Assembly: GCA_965217675.1 (NCBI GenBank)
Contig: OZ244559.1
Location: 386,126-450,125 of the forward strand
Reading direction: 5' to 3'
Origin: Dehalococcoidia bacterium
Lineage (GTDB): Bacteria; Chloroflexota; Dehalococcoidia; Lucifugimonadales; UBA1127
DNA length: 64,000 nucleotides
Below, piece by piece: positions 18,991 through 27,615 of the stretch. Position 1 is the first letter of the stretch; the number at the start of each line of letters is the position of its first letter. The notes beneath the pieces were generated by a model, which had not been told where the DNA came from, ran no database searches, and was given only the letters and a program-made list of their open reading frames with translations. The translations under genes and the position numbers were made by a program.

Positions 18991-20100
18991 GTGCGCATCG
19001 ACCATTTGGAGGTCCACAGCTTCCCGGTGCCGTTCAAGACGGTCTTCCGCCACGCTTCGGCGAGCCGCTCGCAGGCTGAGAACCTCATTGTGGCGGCACG
19101 CTCGGACGGGGGGATGACGGGGTACGGCGAGGGCTGCCCGCGCGCCTACGTGACGGGGGAGACCGTCGAGGGTGGCGCGGCGTTCATTCGCCGGCACGTC
19201 CCTGGCATATCGAGCGAGGTGAGCGACGCGGAGGGGCTTCGGGCGTGGGCCGAGGCGCACCGGCGGGAGATAGACGAGAATCCGGCGGCGTTCTGCGCGG
19301 TGGAGTTGGCGCTCCTCGACCTGTTTGGCAAGGCTGCGGGCGCGCCGGTCGAGGACGTGCTTGGCGTGCCGCGCCTGGACGGACCGTTCACCTACTCCGC
19401 CGTGCTGGGGGACTCTCCGTATCTCGTGTACCGGCTGCAGCTCTGGCGTTACGGCAGCAAGGGGTTCACGGACTTCAAGGTGAAGGTCTCGGGCGACCTG
19501 GGGCGCGACCGGCGGAGGCTGCGGGTGTTGCGGGGCGGCCGCGGTTCGCAGCGGCGCGTCCGGCTGGACGCCAACAACCTGTGGGCGTCGGCGGACGACT
19601 GCATCCGGCAACTGCGAGGCATCGGCGGCGGCGTGTTCGCGGTGGAGGAGCCGCTGCGGGCCGGCGACCTCGCGGGGTTCGAGCAGGTGAGCGATGCGTG
19701 CGGCATGCGGATCATCCTCGACGAGAGCCTGCTGCGGGCCTCACAGCTGGAGGAGCTGGGGAGCCCGGAGCGGTGGATGGTGAACGTGCGGGTCTCGAAG
19801 ATGGGCGGCATCGGCAGGTCGCTGGAGGTGGTCGAGGAGGCCGCTCGCCTCGGCGTGGGGGTGATCGTCGGGGCGCAGGTCGGCGAGACGAGCATCCTGA
19901 CTCGAGCGGGGCTGACAGTGATGCAGGCGGCGCGGCAGTCGCTGGTGGCCGCCGAGGGGGCGTTCGGCACGCACCTGCTGCGCGAGGATCTGACGGAGGA
20001 GTGCCTGATGTTCGGCGACGGCGGTGTGCTCACGCTGCCGGACAATGCCGCGCCGGGGCTGGGGCTGGCGGTGCGGGAGGGCATGCTGGCGCCGGTGTAG
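18991..20100 (+). CDS. Enolase-superfamily enzyme (mandelate racemase/muconate lactonizing; dipeptide epimerase / N-acylamino-acid racemase-like)
   Basis: FKVKVSG (catalytic Lys region), RLDANNLW, EEPL and ILDES metal-ligand motifs. A GTG start lies 5 nt after the GH3 stop. Confidence 0.85.
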   Translation: MRIDHLEVHSFPVPFKTVFRHASASRSQAENLIVAARSDGGMTGYGEGCPRAYVTGETVEGGAAFIRRHVPGISSEVSDAEGLRAWAEAHRREIDENPAAFCAVELALLDLFGKAAGAPVEDVLGVPRLDGPFTYSAVLGDSPYLVYRLQLWRYGSKGFTDFKVKVSGDLGRDRRRLRVLRGGRGSQRRVRLDANNLWASADDCIRQLRGIGGGVFAVEEPLRAGDLAGFEQVSDACGMRIILDESLLRASQLEELGSPERWMVNVRVSKMGGIGRSLEVVEEAARLGVGVIVGAQVGETSILTRAGLTVMQAARQSLVAAEGAFGTHLLREDLTEECLMFGDGGVLTLPDNAAPGLGLAVREGMLAPV

Positions 20101-20152
20101 CGATGGGGGCGGCCCCCGTTTCAGCGAGCATGACGTTTGACGGTGCGGGAAA

Positions 20153-20701
20153 CTACTTGACCTCTTCTGAGTAGGTGACCTTCCACTCGCCGTCGATCTC
20201 CTTGAAAACCATTTGGATGATGCGCGTGCCCAGAGGCTCCTTCATGGTGACGTACATTTCCCACTCGTCAGGGGCGACCATTGTGGGCGGAGATTCTTCG
20301 CTGACGCCGAGCTTCACGCCAAAGAGTTTGAGCGTGCCAATGTCGGCGCGGAGAAACTCCTCGCGCTCTTGGCGATAGCTCGTCTCGAAAAAGCCCAACA
20401 CGGTGTCGGCGTCATAGGCGTTGAAGGCGTCCCAATAGTCAAAGGTGAGTCCCCGGATGAAGGAGTCCATCTCCACGTCTGCGGCCTTGCCCTCAGGAGT
20501 TGAGGCCGTCGCGGTAGGCTCGGGGGTTTTCGTGGGCGCCGGAGTTGAGGTGGGACTGGGCGTAAGTGTGGGGTCCGGGGCGCTCTGAGGCGCGGCGTCG
20601 CTGGGGGCCGGGGACGAGTCGGATGAGGGCGAGCCTCCGCAAGCGGCGCACATGAGAACGACCGCCGCGAGGAGGTATGGGGTTGTTCGCCGGTTCAGCA
20701 T
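20153..20701 (-). CDS. Hypothetical lipoprotein with Pro/Thr/Ser-rich linker
   Basis: Signal peptide plus lipobox LLAAVVLMCAACGG. AAGGTG RBS before ATG 20701. The C-terminal ~110 aa form a globular domain. Confidence 0.6.
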   Translation of the reverse strand: MLNRRTTPYLLAAVVLMCAACGGSPSSDSSPAPSDAAPQSAPDPTLTPSPTSTPAPTKTPEPTATASTPEGKAADVEMDSFIRGLTFDYWDAFNAYDADTVLGFFETSYRQEREEFLRADIGTLKLFGVKLGVSEESPPTMVAPDEWEMYVTMKEPLGTRIIQMVFKEIDGEWKVTYSEEVK

Positions 20702-21176
20702 CGCCGTACACCTTTGGGTCACGATTGGTTGCCGGCAAAGGTTACCGATGTCGGCTGGAACACAGGGGAGGACAGCGCAGGCGACGATGGCAGACCAACC
20801 TCTCGTGGCGGGCTGGAAACGGCGTCGACGTGCATACGCTTTTGTTGCGCCTTAGCTTTCGGCATAGGTCAGCAGCCACTCTCTCCCGACGCCGCTTTGG
20901 CGGTCGCTTCCTCGCTTGAGCCGCCGCACGCAGCTATGACGAGGGACAGCGCCACGATGACCGCCAATGCCGTTCGCCTCTGCAACATGCTCTCCCCCCC
21001 ACCTCATGTAGCGACTCTTGGCGCGTTGCACAGGGCCCCGCTGGTGGGAAACGATAGTTGAGGGCTGTCTGAGCGTCAACAAATGTGGGGCCTTGTTGAC
21101 TGGCGCGCCCTTGCGCCGCATCCTTCCGACACGCAGGGCCTCAAAGGGATGCGACGACTGCGATTGGGAGAGGCCA

Positions 21177-21575
21177 ATGGCTGAGCGGGAAGAGGCGTTG
21201 GCGCTGCTGGACGCCTCGTACAACGGGATACTGACGACGCTGTCGGCAAGCGGGCGGCCAATAGGCACGCCGGTGTGGTCAGCGCTGATCGACGGCTACG
21301 TGTACATTCGCACGATGACGTCGAGCGCAAAGGTGCGCCGGTTGCGGGCTGACCTGCGGTGCTCGTTTGTCGTCGAGGCGGGGGATGCGCTGGACGAACT
21401 GCACTATGCGCACGTGTCGGGGGACGCGGAGTTCGTCGAGGACGTCGAGGAACGGTGGAAGGCCATCGAGGCGCTCACGGACAAGTACGGGCCGGAGCCG
21501 CTGGGCCGCGAGGACCCCGGGCAGGACAGCGTAACGGTGCTGCGGCTGAGCACGGAGCGGGTCCTCTTCCGGTAG
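21177..21575 (+). CDS. Pyridoxamine 5'-phosphate oxidase (PPOX)-family / F420-binding split-barrel protein
   Basis: ALALLDASYNGILTTLSASGRPIGTPVW...VYIRT....KVRRLR pattern. GGGAGAGG RBS before ATG 21177. Confidence 0.7.
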   Translation: MAEREEALALLDASYNGILTTLSASGRPIGTPVWSALIDGYVYIRTMTSSAKVRRLRADLRCSFVVEAGDALDELHYAHVSGDAEFVEDVEERWKAIEALTDKYGPEPLGREDPGQDSVTVLRLSTERVLFR

Positions 21576-21593
21576 CCGCCAATACTTCAGTGT

Positions 21594-23063
21594 CTAGTCC
21601 TTGGCCTTCTCCTCTTCCTCGATTCCCTCAATGTCGTCGTAGTCGTCGGGGTCCGGCATGAGGATGAACTCCGGGTAGGACTCCATATGGAGCTCGCCGG
21701 CGTCCTGGCCCAACTGTTCCACCTGTCTGCTTACCCGCGCCCCAAGCGTCATGTCCAAGACCTTCCACGCGGACCATGAGATGCCGAAGACGGTCGCACC
21801 GACGACGGCGACGCCCAAGAGCTGGATGTGGAGCTGCGCGCCGCCGGCGATGGTCGCCGCCAGCGTTCCCCAGATGCCCGCGAAAAGGTGGGCGGGCACC
21901 GCGCCGACGACGTCGTCGATCTTCAGGCGCTCTAGCAATCTCAGGCCCGCCACGACGATCAAACCGCCAATGGCGCCGATGACGATGGCCCAATAGTGGT
22001 CGACGAAGTTGGGCGCCGCTGTGATGGAGACGAGGCCCGCTATGGCGCCGTTCAACACGGCGAAGAGGTCCGTGCGCCCGAGGATGGGCCGCGACACCAG
22101 AATCGCGACCACGACGCCGGAGGCCGCCGCCAGGTTGGTGTTCACGAGCACAATGCTCATCCAGACGGCGTCGACGGCGCTTCCCAAGGCGAGCTGCGAC
22201 CCGCCGTTGAAGCCAAACCAGCCGAACCAGAGGATGAAGACGCCAAGGGTAACTACGAGGATGTTGGAGGGCGGCGTCGCCCGCACGCTGCCGTCGCGGC
22301 GAAACTTGCCGAGGCGCGGGCCAATGACGACGAGGCCTGCCAGCGCGGCCCAGCCGCCGGTGCTGTGGACGATGGTGGAGCCGGCAAAGTCGATGAAGCC
22401 GAGGTCGTCCAGCCAGCCGCCGCCCCAGGTCCACGCTCCGATGAGCGGGTAGGTGAATGCCGTGAGGAAGAGGGTGAAGAGGAAGAAGGACCACATCTTC
22501 ACCCGCTCGGCCAGCGCGCCGGAGACGATGGAGGCCGTGGTGGCGACGAAGACCATCTGGAAGAACCAGTCGGACATCGAGGAGTAGGTGGACTCCTCAA
22601 GGACGCCCGCGGCGGACGCGCCGGCCTCGGCTTCGAGCAGGGCAGCCTCGGCGGCGGAAGAGCCGTAGGTGAGGGTGAACGTGCCGATGAGCTCGCCGAA
22701 GTTCAGGCCAAGCAGGGTAAGGTCTCGGCCCACGCCGACGTACATGAGGTTGTAGCCGATGGTGAAGTAGGCGAGCCCGGCGATGGAGTAGAGGCCGATG
22801 TTCTTCATGCAGATCATGGAGGCGTTCTTGGTGCGTACGGAGCCGGCCTCAAGCATGGTGAATCCGGCGCACATCCACATGACGAGGGCGCCCCACACGA
22901 GGAAGGAAAAGGTGTTGAAGACGAAGGCGGTCTCGTCCTCGACACCCATGGCGTGCGCGACGCCGGGGCGGAGGAGCATCAGCAGAACGGTGGCAGTGCT
23001 GGTCGCGGCGAGGATGACGGGGATGCGGTGACGGGTCACGAACCACTGTAGTGGCTTCATCAC
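21594..23063 (-). CDS. amt: Ammonium transporter (Amt family)
   Basis: AGFTMLEAGSVRTKN, DFAGSTIVHSTGGWAALAG and the FGWFGFNGGS signature motifs. 11-12 TM helices. Confidence 0.95.
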   Translation of the reverse strand: MMKPLQWFVTRHRIPVILAATSTATVLLMLLRPGVAHAMGVEDETAFVFNTFSFLVWGALVMWMCAGFTMLEAGSVRTKNASMICMKNIGLYSIAGLAYFTIGYNLMYVGVGRDLTLLGLNFGELIGTFTLTYGSSAAEAALLEAEAGASAAGVLEESTYSSMSDWFFQMVFVATTASIVSGALAERVKMWSFFLFTLFLTAFTYPLIGAWTWGGGWLDDLGFIDFAGSTIVHSTGGWAALAGLVVIGPRLGKFRRDGSVRATPPSNILVVTLGVFILWFGWFGFNGGSQLALGSAVDAVWMSIVLVNTNLAAASGVVVAILVSRPILGRTDLFAVLNGAIAGLVSITAAPNFVDHYWAIVIGAIGGLIVVAGLRLLERLKIDDVVGAVPAHLFAGIWGTLAATIAGGAQLHIQLLGVAVVGATVFGISWSAWKVLDMTLGARVSRQVEQLGQDAGELHMESYPEFILMPDPDDYDDIEGIEEEEKAKD

Positions 23064-23265
23064 GCTTCACCTCCGCTACAACGCCCGGCCATGCAAACGG
23101 AATCTACCATTGCAGTTGTACTGGGCGCCAGTGGGCTTGCCTGCGCCTTGATAGGCAAATGGCCAGCGGCTACTATCCCTGAGGCCGCCGGGCAATGGGT
23201 TGCTGCCGACGTCGCGTACGGTTCTCGGCGACGTTTCGGCGCCATTGCCTGTGGGTGAGGGGAGG

Positions 23266-25029
23266 ATGATGGCTGCGTCGATCGTGAACGAAAACGTCCG
23301 TTATGAGCCGGACGAGAACCCGCCGCCGCTGGTCGCACTTGGCGCGGGGGCGCAGGCGACGATGCTCATCATCGCGCCTATCGTGCTGACGGTCGTCATC
23401 GTAGTGCGCATCGCGGAGGCGTCGGACAGCTACTTGGCGTGGGGCGTGTTTGTGGCGATGGTGGTGAGCGGGCTGACCACGGTGCTGCAGGCGGCGCGGT
23501 GGGGACGGCTCGGCTCCGGGCACCTGTTGATCATGGGGACGTCGGGGGCGTTCATCGCCGTGTGCGTGGCTGCCCTGGTCGTGGCCGGGCCTTCGACGCT
23601 TGCGAGCCTTGTTGTCATCTCCTCACTGTTCCAGTTCCTGCTGGCGGCGCGGCTGTCGCTGTTGCGCCGCATCTTCACACCGGTCGTGACGGGCACGGTG
23701 ATCATGCTGATTGCCGCCACGGTGGCGCCCGTGATCTTTGGGTCGCTGACGAGCGTGCCGGAGGGGACGGACGACATAGCGGCGCCCCTTGCGGCGGGAG
23801 TGACGCTGCTGGTGGTTGTGGGCATGGTTGTGCGGGCGCCGCCGTCGCTGCGGCTGTGGTCGCCGGTCATCGGCATTGCCTCGGGGTGCGCGGTAGGGGC
23901 TCCCTTCGGGCTGTACGACGTCGCGACGGTCGCGGATGCGGCGTGGTTCGGGGCGCCGTTCGGCGACTGGCCGGGCTTCGACCTGACGCCCGGCCGCGAG
24001 TTTTGGGCTTTGCTGCCGGCGTTCATCGTCGTGACGCTGGTGGGGGCCATCGAGACCATCGGCGACGGGGTGGCCATCCAACGAGTGTCGCGTCGACAGC
24101 CACAGGCGACGGACTTCCGCGTGGTGCAGGGCGCGCTCAACGCGGATGGCGTGGGCAACCTGCTGTCCGGTCTGGGCGCGACGCTGCCCAACACCACCTA
24201 CTCGACCAGCATCTCGCTGGCGGAGGTCACGGGCATCGGCGCGCGGCGGGTGGGCGTCATCATCGGCGTCATCATCTTCGCGCTGGCCTTCTTCCCCAAG
24301 TTTGCGGCGCTGCTCATCGCCATACCGGCGCCGATAGCTGCCTCGTACATCATGTTCCTCATGGCGCTGCTCTTTGTGCAGGGCATGAGGATTGTCGTCA
24401 AGGACGGCCTGGACCACCGCAAGGCATCCGTGGCGGGCACGGCCTTCTGGATCGGCGTGGGCTTCCAGAACGAGTGGATCTTCCCCGACCTGCTGGGCGA
24501 TGGCTTTCTGGGCATCCTGCTGGGGAACGGCATGACCTCCGGCGCGATAGTCGCAGTTGCGATGATGGTGTTCCTGGAGGTGACGGGCCCGCGCCGCAGG
24601 CAGTTGCGGGTCGACGTGGACCAATACACACTGCAAAAGCTAGGGGTGTTCCTGCGCGTGTTTGCTGCCAATGCCGGATGGTCCCTGGCGTCGGCGGAGC
24701 GGCTGGTGCTGGTGGGGGAGGAGACGCTGGCCAGCATGTCGGCCGAAGACGAGGGCCCGGACGATACGAATGGCCGCCGCCTCGTTGTGACGGCGCGCTC
24801 CGTCGGCCGAGACGCTGAGCTCGAGTTCATCTCGGCGACGGAAGGCGAGAACCTCGAAGACCGGCTGGCCTACCTCGGCGAGCACCCAGAGATCACCGAC
24901 GACAGGGAGATCTCCTACCGCCTCCTGCGCCACCTCTCGTCGTCCGTCAGCCACCACAAGTACCACGGCGTGGACGTGGTGTCGGTGAGCGTGACGAACG
25001 CGCCCCCTCGCGGCGATGCGGAGGGGTAG
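23266..25029 (+). CDS. NCS2 (xanthine/uracil/vitamin C) family permease with an extra ~140-aa C-terminal cytoplasmic domain
   Basis: Polytopic core with NCS2-like segments (GTSGAFIAV, TYSTSISLAEVTG). GGGGAGG RBS before ATG 23266. The tail 24604..25029 is soluble. Confidence 0.75.
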   Translation: MMAASIVNENVRYEPDENPPPLVALGAGAQATMLIIAPIVLTVVIVVRIAEASDSYLAWGVFVAMVVSGLTTVLQAARWGRLGSGHLLIMGTSGAFIAVCVAALVVAGPSTLASLVVISSLFQFLLAARLSLLRRIFTPVVTGTVIMLIAATVAPVIFGSLTSVPEGTDDIAAPLAAGVTLLVVVGMVVRAPPSLRLWSPVIGIASGCAVGAPFGLYDVATVADAAWFGAPFGDWPGFDLTPGREFWALLPAFIVVTLVGAIETIGDGVAIQRVSRRQPQATDFRVVQGALNADGVGNLLSGLGATLPNTTYSTSISLAEVTGIGARRVGVIIGVIIFALAFFPKFAALLIAIPAPIAASYIMFLMALLFVQGMRIVVKDGLDHRKASVAGTAFWIGVGFQNEWIFPDLLGDGFLGILLGNGMTSGAIVAVAMMVFLEVTGPRRRQLRVDVDQYTLQKLGVFLRVFAANAGWSLASAERLVLVGEETLASMSAEDEGPDDTNGRRLVVTARSVGRDAELEFISATEGENLEDRLAYLGEHPEITDDREISYRLLRHLSSSVSHHKYHGVDVVSVSVTNAPPRGDAEG

Positions 25030-25045
25030 GGGTAGGGGTAGGGGG
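25023..25045 (+). repeat. (GGGGTA)3-GGGGG G-quadruplex-forming motif
   Basis: GGGGTAGGGGTAGGGGTAGGGGG read directly from the sequence. It overlaps the permease stop codon (TAG 25027-25029) and marks the high-GC to low-GC transition. Confidence 0.8.
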
Positions 25046-25203
25046 TACTAAGAAATGCTGATTTCGCTGACAAAAATAACGCTATAAGCGACGCTGAAGG
25101 GCATTGCTTCTGGGGAACGCATGTCCTATTCTAGTTAGAGTGTCCAAACTGCACCACGTTAAATGATGACGGGTTCCTTATTGCTGTTGCAAGGAGTGGG
25201 TGG

Positions 25204-26043
25204 ATGACGGAGCAAGAGTCTACATTTCCTACAGGTGAACGGGAGACGCGTCGAGGACGTGGGCCAACGAGGCCGTTCCCGGTCACACCACTCTCTCATG
25301 CAATGCGTTTGCCTAGTAGCATTATGGAACACGGTGTTGATGGCAGAATTGTGAGGCTAACCCTTTTGGCAAAGTTAGATCAGACAGGTGAGTACAATCT
25401 AACGCGAGACGTAATGACTAGTTCATTCAAGTATGGATTGACTATTGGAAGCTACGCATCCTCAACCCTTGAAATAACGGATCAAGGTCGAGAGGTGTTA
25501 ACTCTTGGCAACTTTTCAAGCCAAGCAAAGGAGAAGTTGTTTGAAATTGCAATAGGCCGAATTGATCCGTTTAACAAGGTCTATCTGAAACTGAGGGGTA
25601 GGCCGCTACCTGACGCAGATGTACTCAAGGATGAATTTAGTGCCCTAGGTATATCGGGAACGGACGGCCAGAAAGCTGCCGACGTCTTTGTTGACAACAT
25701 AAGGTACCTAGGAATGGTCGTGCAGATTAAAGGACGGGATCACGTTAGCACAATCGAGTCTGTACTTGAGCAATTACCTTCGGTTGAGGAAGTCACGGTT
25801 GACGTGGAAGACGACGTTCCCGAGTACGACAACGCCGAGGAGACGACGGTTGTTGAGCCACCCGCGCGAGAAACTGCCAATTCTACGCGCTCCGTAGTGG
25901 GAGTAGCCCGCCCAAGTGGTCCATCCAATGAACCTAGTGTCCACATAAATATTCAGATTCACATCGACCCTAGTTCAACTCCAGATCAAGTTGACCAGAT
26001 CTTTTCAAGCATGGCCCGTCACCTCTATGGACGCGAAGGTTAA
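25204..26043 (+). CDS. Hypothetical protein (279 aa) in the low-GC island
   Basis: AAGGAG RBS upstream of ATG 25204. About 45% GC. N-terminal basic RRGRGPTRPFP segment, two ~70-aa helical-looking modules, an acidic linker and a conserved-looking tail HINIQIHIDPSSTPDQVDQIFSSMARHLYG. No family recognised with confidence. Confidence 0.6.
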   Translation: MTEQESTFPTGERETRRGRGPTRPFPVTPLSHAMRLPSSIMEHGVDGRIVRLTLLAKLDQTGEYNLTRDVMTSSFKYGLTIGSYASSTLEITDQGREVLTLGNFSSQAKEKLFEIAIGRIDPFNKVYLKLRGRPLPDADVLKDEFSALGISGTDGQKAADVFVDNIRYLGMVVQIKGRDHVSTIESVLEQLPSVEEVTVDVEDDVPEYDNAEETTVVEPPARETANSTRSVVGVARPSGPSNEPSVHINIQIHIDPSSTPDQVDQIFSSMARHLYGREG

Positions 26044-26050
26044 TTGACCC

Positions 26051-26599
26051 TTGAATAGCTTAGGAAGTAGTAGGGATTGGCTTGCAATCGCCCAAGACCT
26101 GCAAAGTGAAGTGGATCAATTGGGCATGGGTAGGCCAAGCCTGACTTCAGACAAAGTGGACTTGCATGTACAGACTCTAATGAACCAGTTTGATGAAAGA
26201 GTAAATAATCCGAAACTGTATTCTGCTACTCGAAAGTTGTTTGAGGATGGTCACTATCCCCAGGCCGTAGAGGCTGCATTCAAGAGGCTCAACAATGAGG
26301 TAAAGAAGAGGTCGGGTCTTAGCGAGTTGACGGGTGAAAGCTTGATGCGAAAAGCATTTAGTGCAAGTAATCCAAGACTTCGCCTTAATTCCCTTCGTAC
26401 AATCTCGGATAAAGATGAACAACGCGGATATATGGATCTCTATGCAGGTGCGATGTCTGCCATAAGGAACCCGAGGTCACATGAGCACGACCTAGAAGAC
26501 GACCCTCAAGTAGCGCTGGAACTATTAACTGTCGCAAATCACCTGATGAACAAACTTGAAGCAAGTCAAAGGACGAGGCAACGCAAGACGAAATCATAA
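26051..26599 (+). CDS. TIGR02391 (Hypoth_Ymh)-family protein
   Basis: HYPQAVEAAFKRLNNEVKKRSGL...TGESLMRKAF......EQRGYMDLYAGAMSAIRNPRSHE...DPQVALELLTVANHLMNKL matches my memory of the TIGR02391/PF09509 consensus. It starts 8 nt after the upstream gene. The start is TTG 26051 or ATG 26126. Confidence 0.7.
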   Translation: MNSLGSSRDWLAIAQDLQSEVDQLGMGRPSLTSDKVDLHVQTLMNQFDERVNNPKLYSATRKLFEDGHYPQAVEAAFKRLNNEVKKRSGLSELTGESLMRKAFSASNPRLRLNSLRTISDKDEQRGYMDLYAGAMSAIRNPRSHEHDLEDDPQVALELLTVANHLMNKLEASQRTRQRKTKS

Positions 26600-26764
26600 C
26601 GTCCTCTGCTAAGCCGCCCAGTACTCTCGTCGGTACACTAGACGCTGCGTCATGGCGAATTCCCACTTCGCATCTCCATCCTCCCTTGGCGTATGCTTTC
26701 CGTGGAGCGGACGCGTCCCGCTGTGGACACTGCTCCCACTTGAACCTAAAGGGCATGACGCTGC

Positions 26765-27406
26765 ATGACGCATCTCCTGGAGCAGGTTGGCGGATGGATT
26801 GAGGAGTTGATCCTTGCCATTGGGTATCCGGGCATTGTGCTGGTCATGGCGATTGAGAACGTGTTTCCGCCGATACCCTCGGAGGCGGTGCTGCCTTTTG
26901 CCGGGGCGTTGGCTGCCAAGGGCGAGTTGAACTTCTGGGGCGCCGTCGCGGCGGGGACGGCGGGGTCTGTGCTGGGGGCCGTCGTGCTGTACGGCGTCGG
27001 CTACGTTGCGCGTGAGGCCGGGGTGCGACGGCTGGTCGCGGCGTACGGCAGGTACGTCTTCATCTCCGAGCACGACCTGGACCGTGGCGCGGAGTGGTTC
27101 CGGCGCTACGGTGAGGCGGTCATCTTCTTCGGGCGGCTCATTCCCATCATCCGGAGCATCGTCTCCGTGCCGGCGGGCTACACACGGATGAACCCGGTGC
27201 GTTTCCTGCTATACACGACGCTGGGCACGGCGCTCTGGAGCGTGCTGCTGACCTATGCGGGCTGGGTCCTGGGGGAGAACTGGGAGACCATTCGGGGGTA
27301 TACGCGGCCGTACGAGAACGCGGCACTCGTCGCGATCGTGCTCGCAGTGGTGGCGTTCGTCGGGTGGCGCGCGGTGCGTCGATGGCGGCCTCCTCGAGAG
27401 GGGTAG
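26765..27406 (+). CDS. DedA family membrane protein
   Basis: The IENVFPPIPSEAVLPFAGALA and RLIPIIRSIVSVPAG motifs are typical of the DedA/SNARE-associated family. Confidence 0.9.
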   Translation: MTHLLEQVGGWIEELILAIGYPGIVLVMAIENVFPPIPSEAVLPFAGALAAKGELNFWGAVAAGTAGSVLGAVVLYGVGYVAREAGVRRLVAAYGRYVFISEHDLDRGAEWFRRYGEAVIFFGRLIPIIRSIVSVPAGYTRMNPVRFLLYTTLGTALWSVLLTYAGWVLGENWETIRGYTRPYENAALVAIVLAVVAFVGWRAVRRWRPPREG

Positions 27407-27615
27407 GCGGGTCGGCGGGTGCGACTATCGAATCGACATAAGGCCAACTCACGAGCGAATCCCCTCGCGGCGTCAAGACCGCGACTAAAAGCAATGGACG
27501 AGGGGCGCGGAGGGCGGTAGAATCGCGCTGTCCCGGCCGCCTCGCCGGACGATGCGGGGCATCGGCATGGGAATCGCGCTCCGGCATCGGAGCATGGAGG
27601 ACAAAGGAGGGACGC

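Noticed and set aside
20869-20988. 39-aa minus-strand ORF MLQRRTALAVIVALSLVIAACGGSSEEATAKAASGESGC with a perfect lipoprotein signal peptide.
   Set aside because: Essentially only a signal peptide plus ~18 residues. It is probably the remnant of a lipoprotein gene or a chance ORF, and cannot be supported as a gene without expression or conservation data. The overlapping listed ORF 20852..21268 is a shadow ORF.
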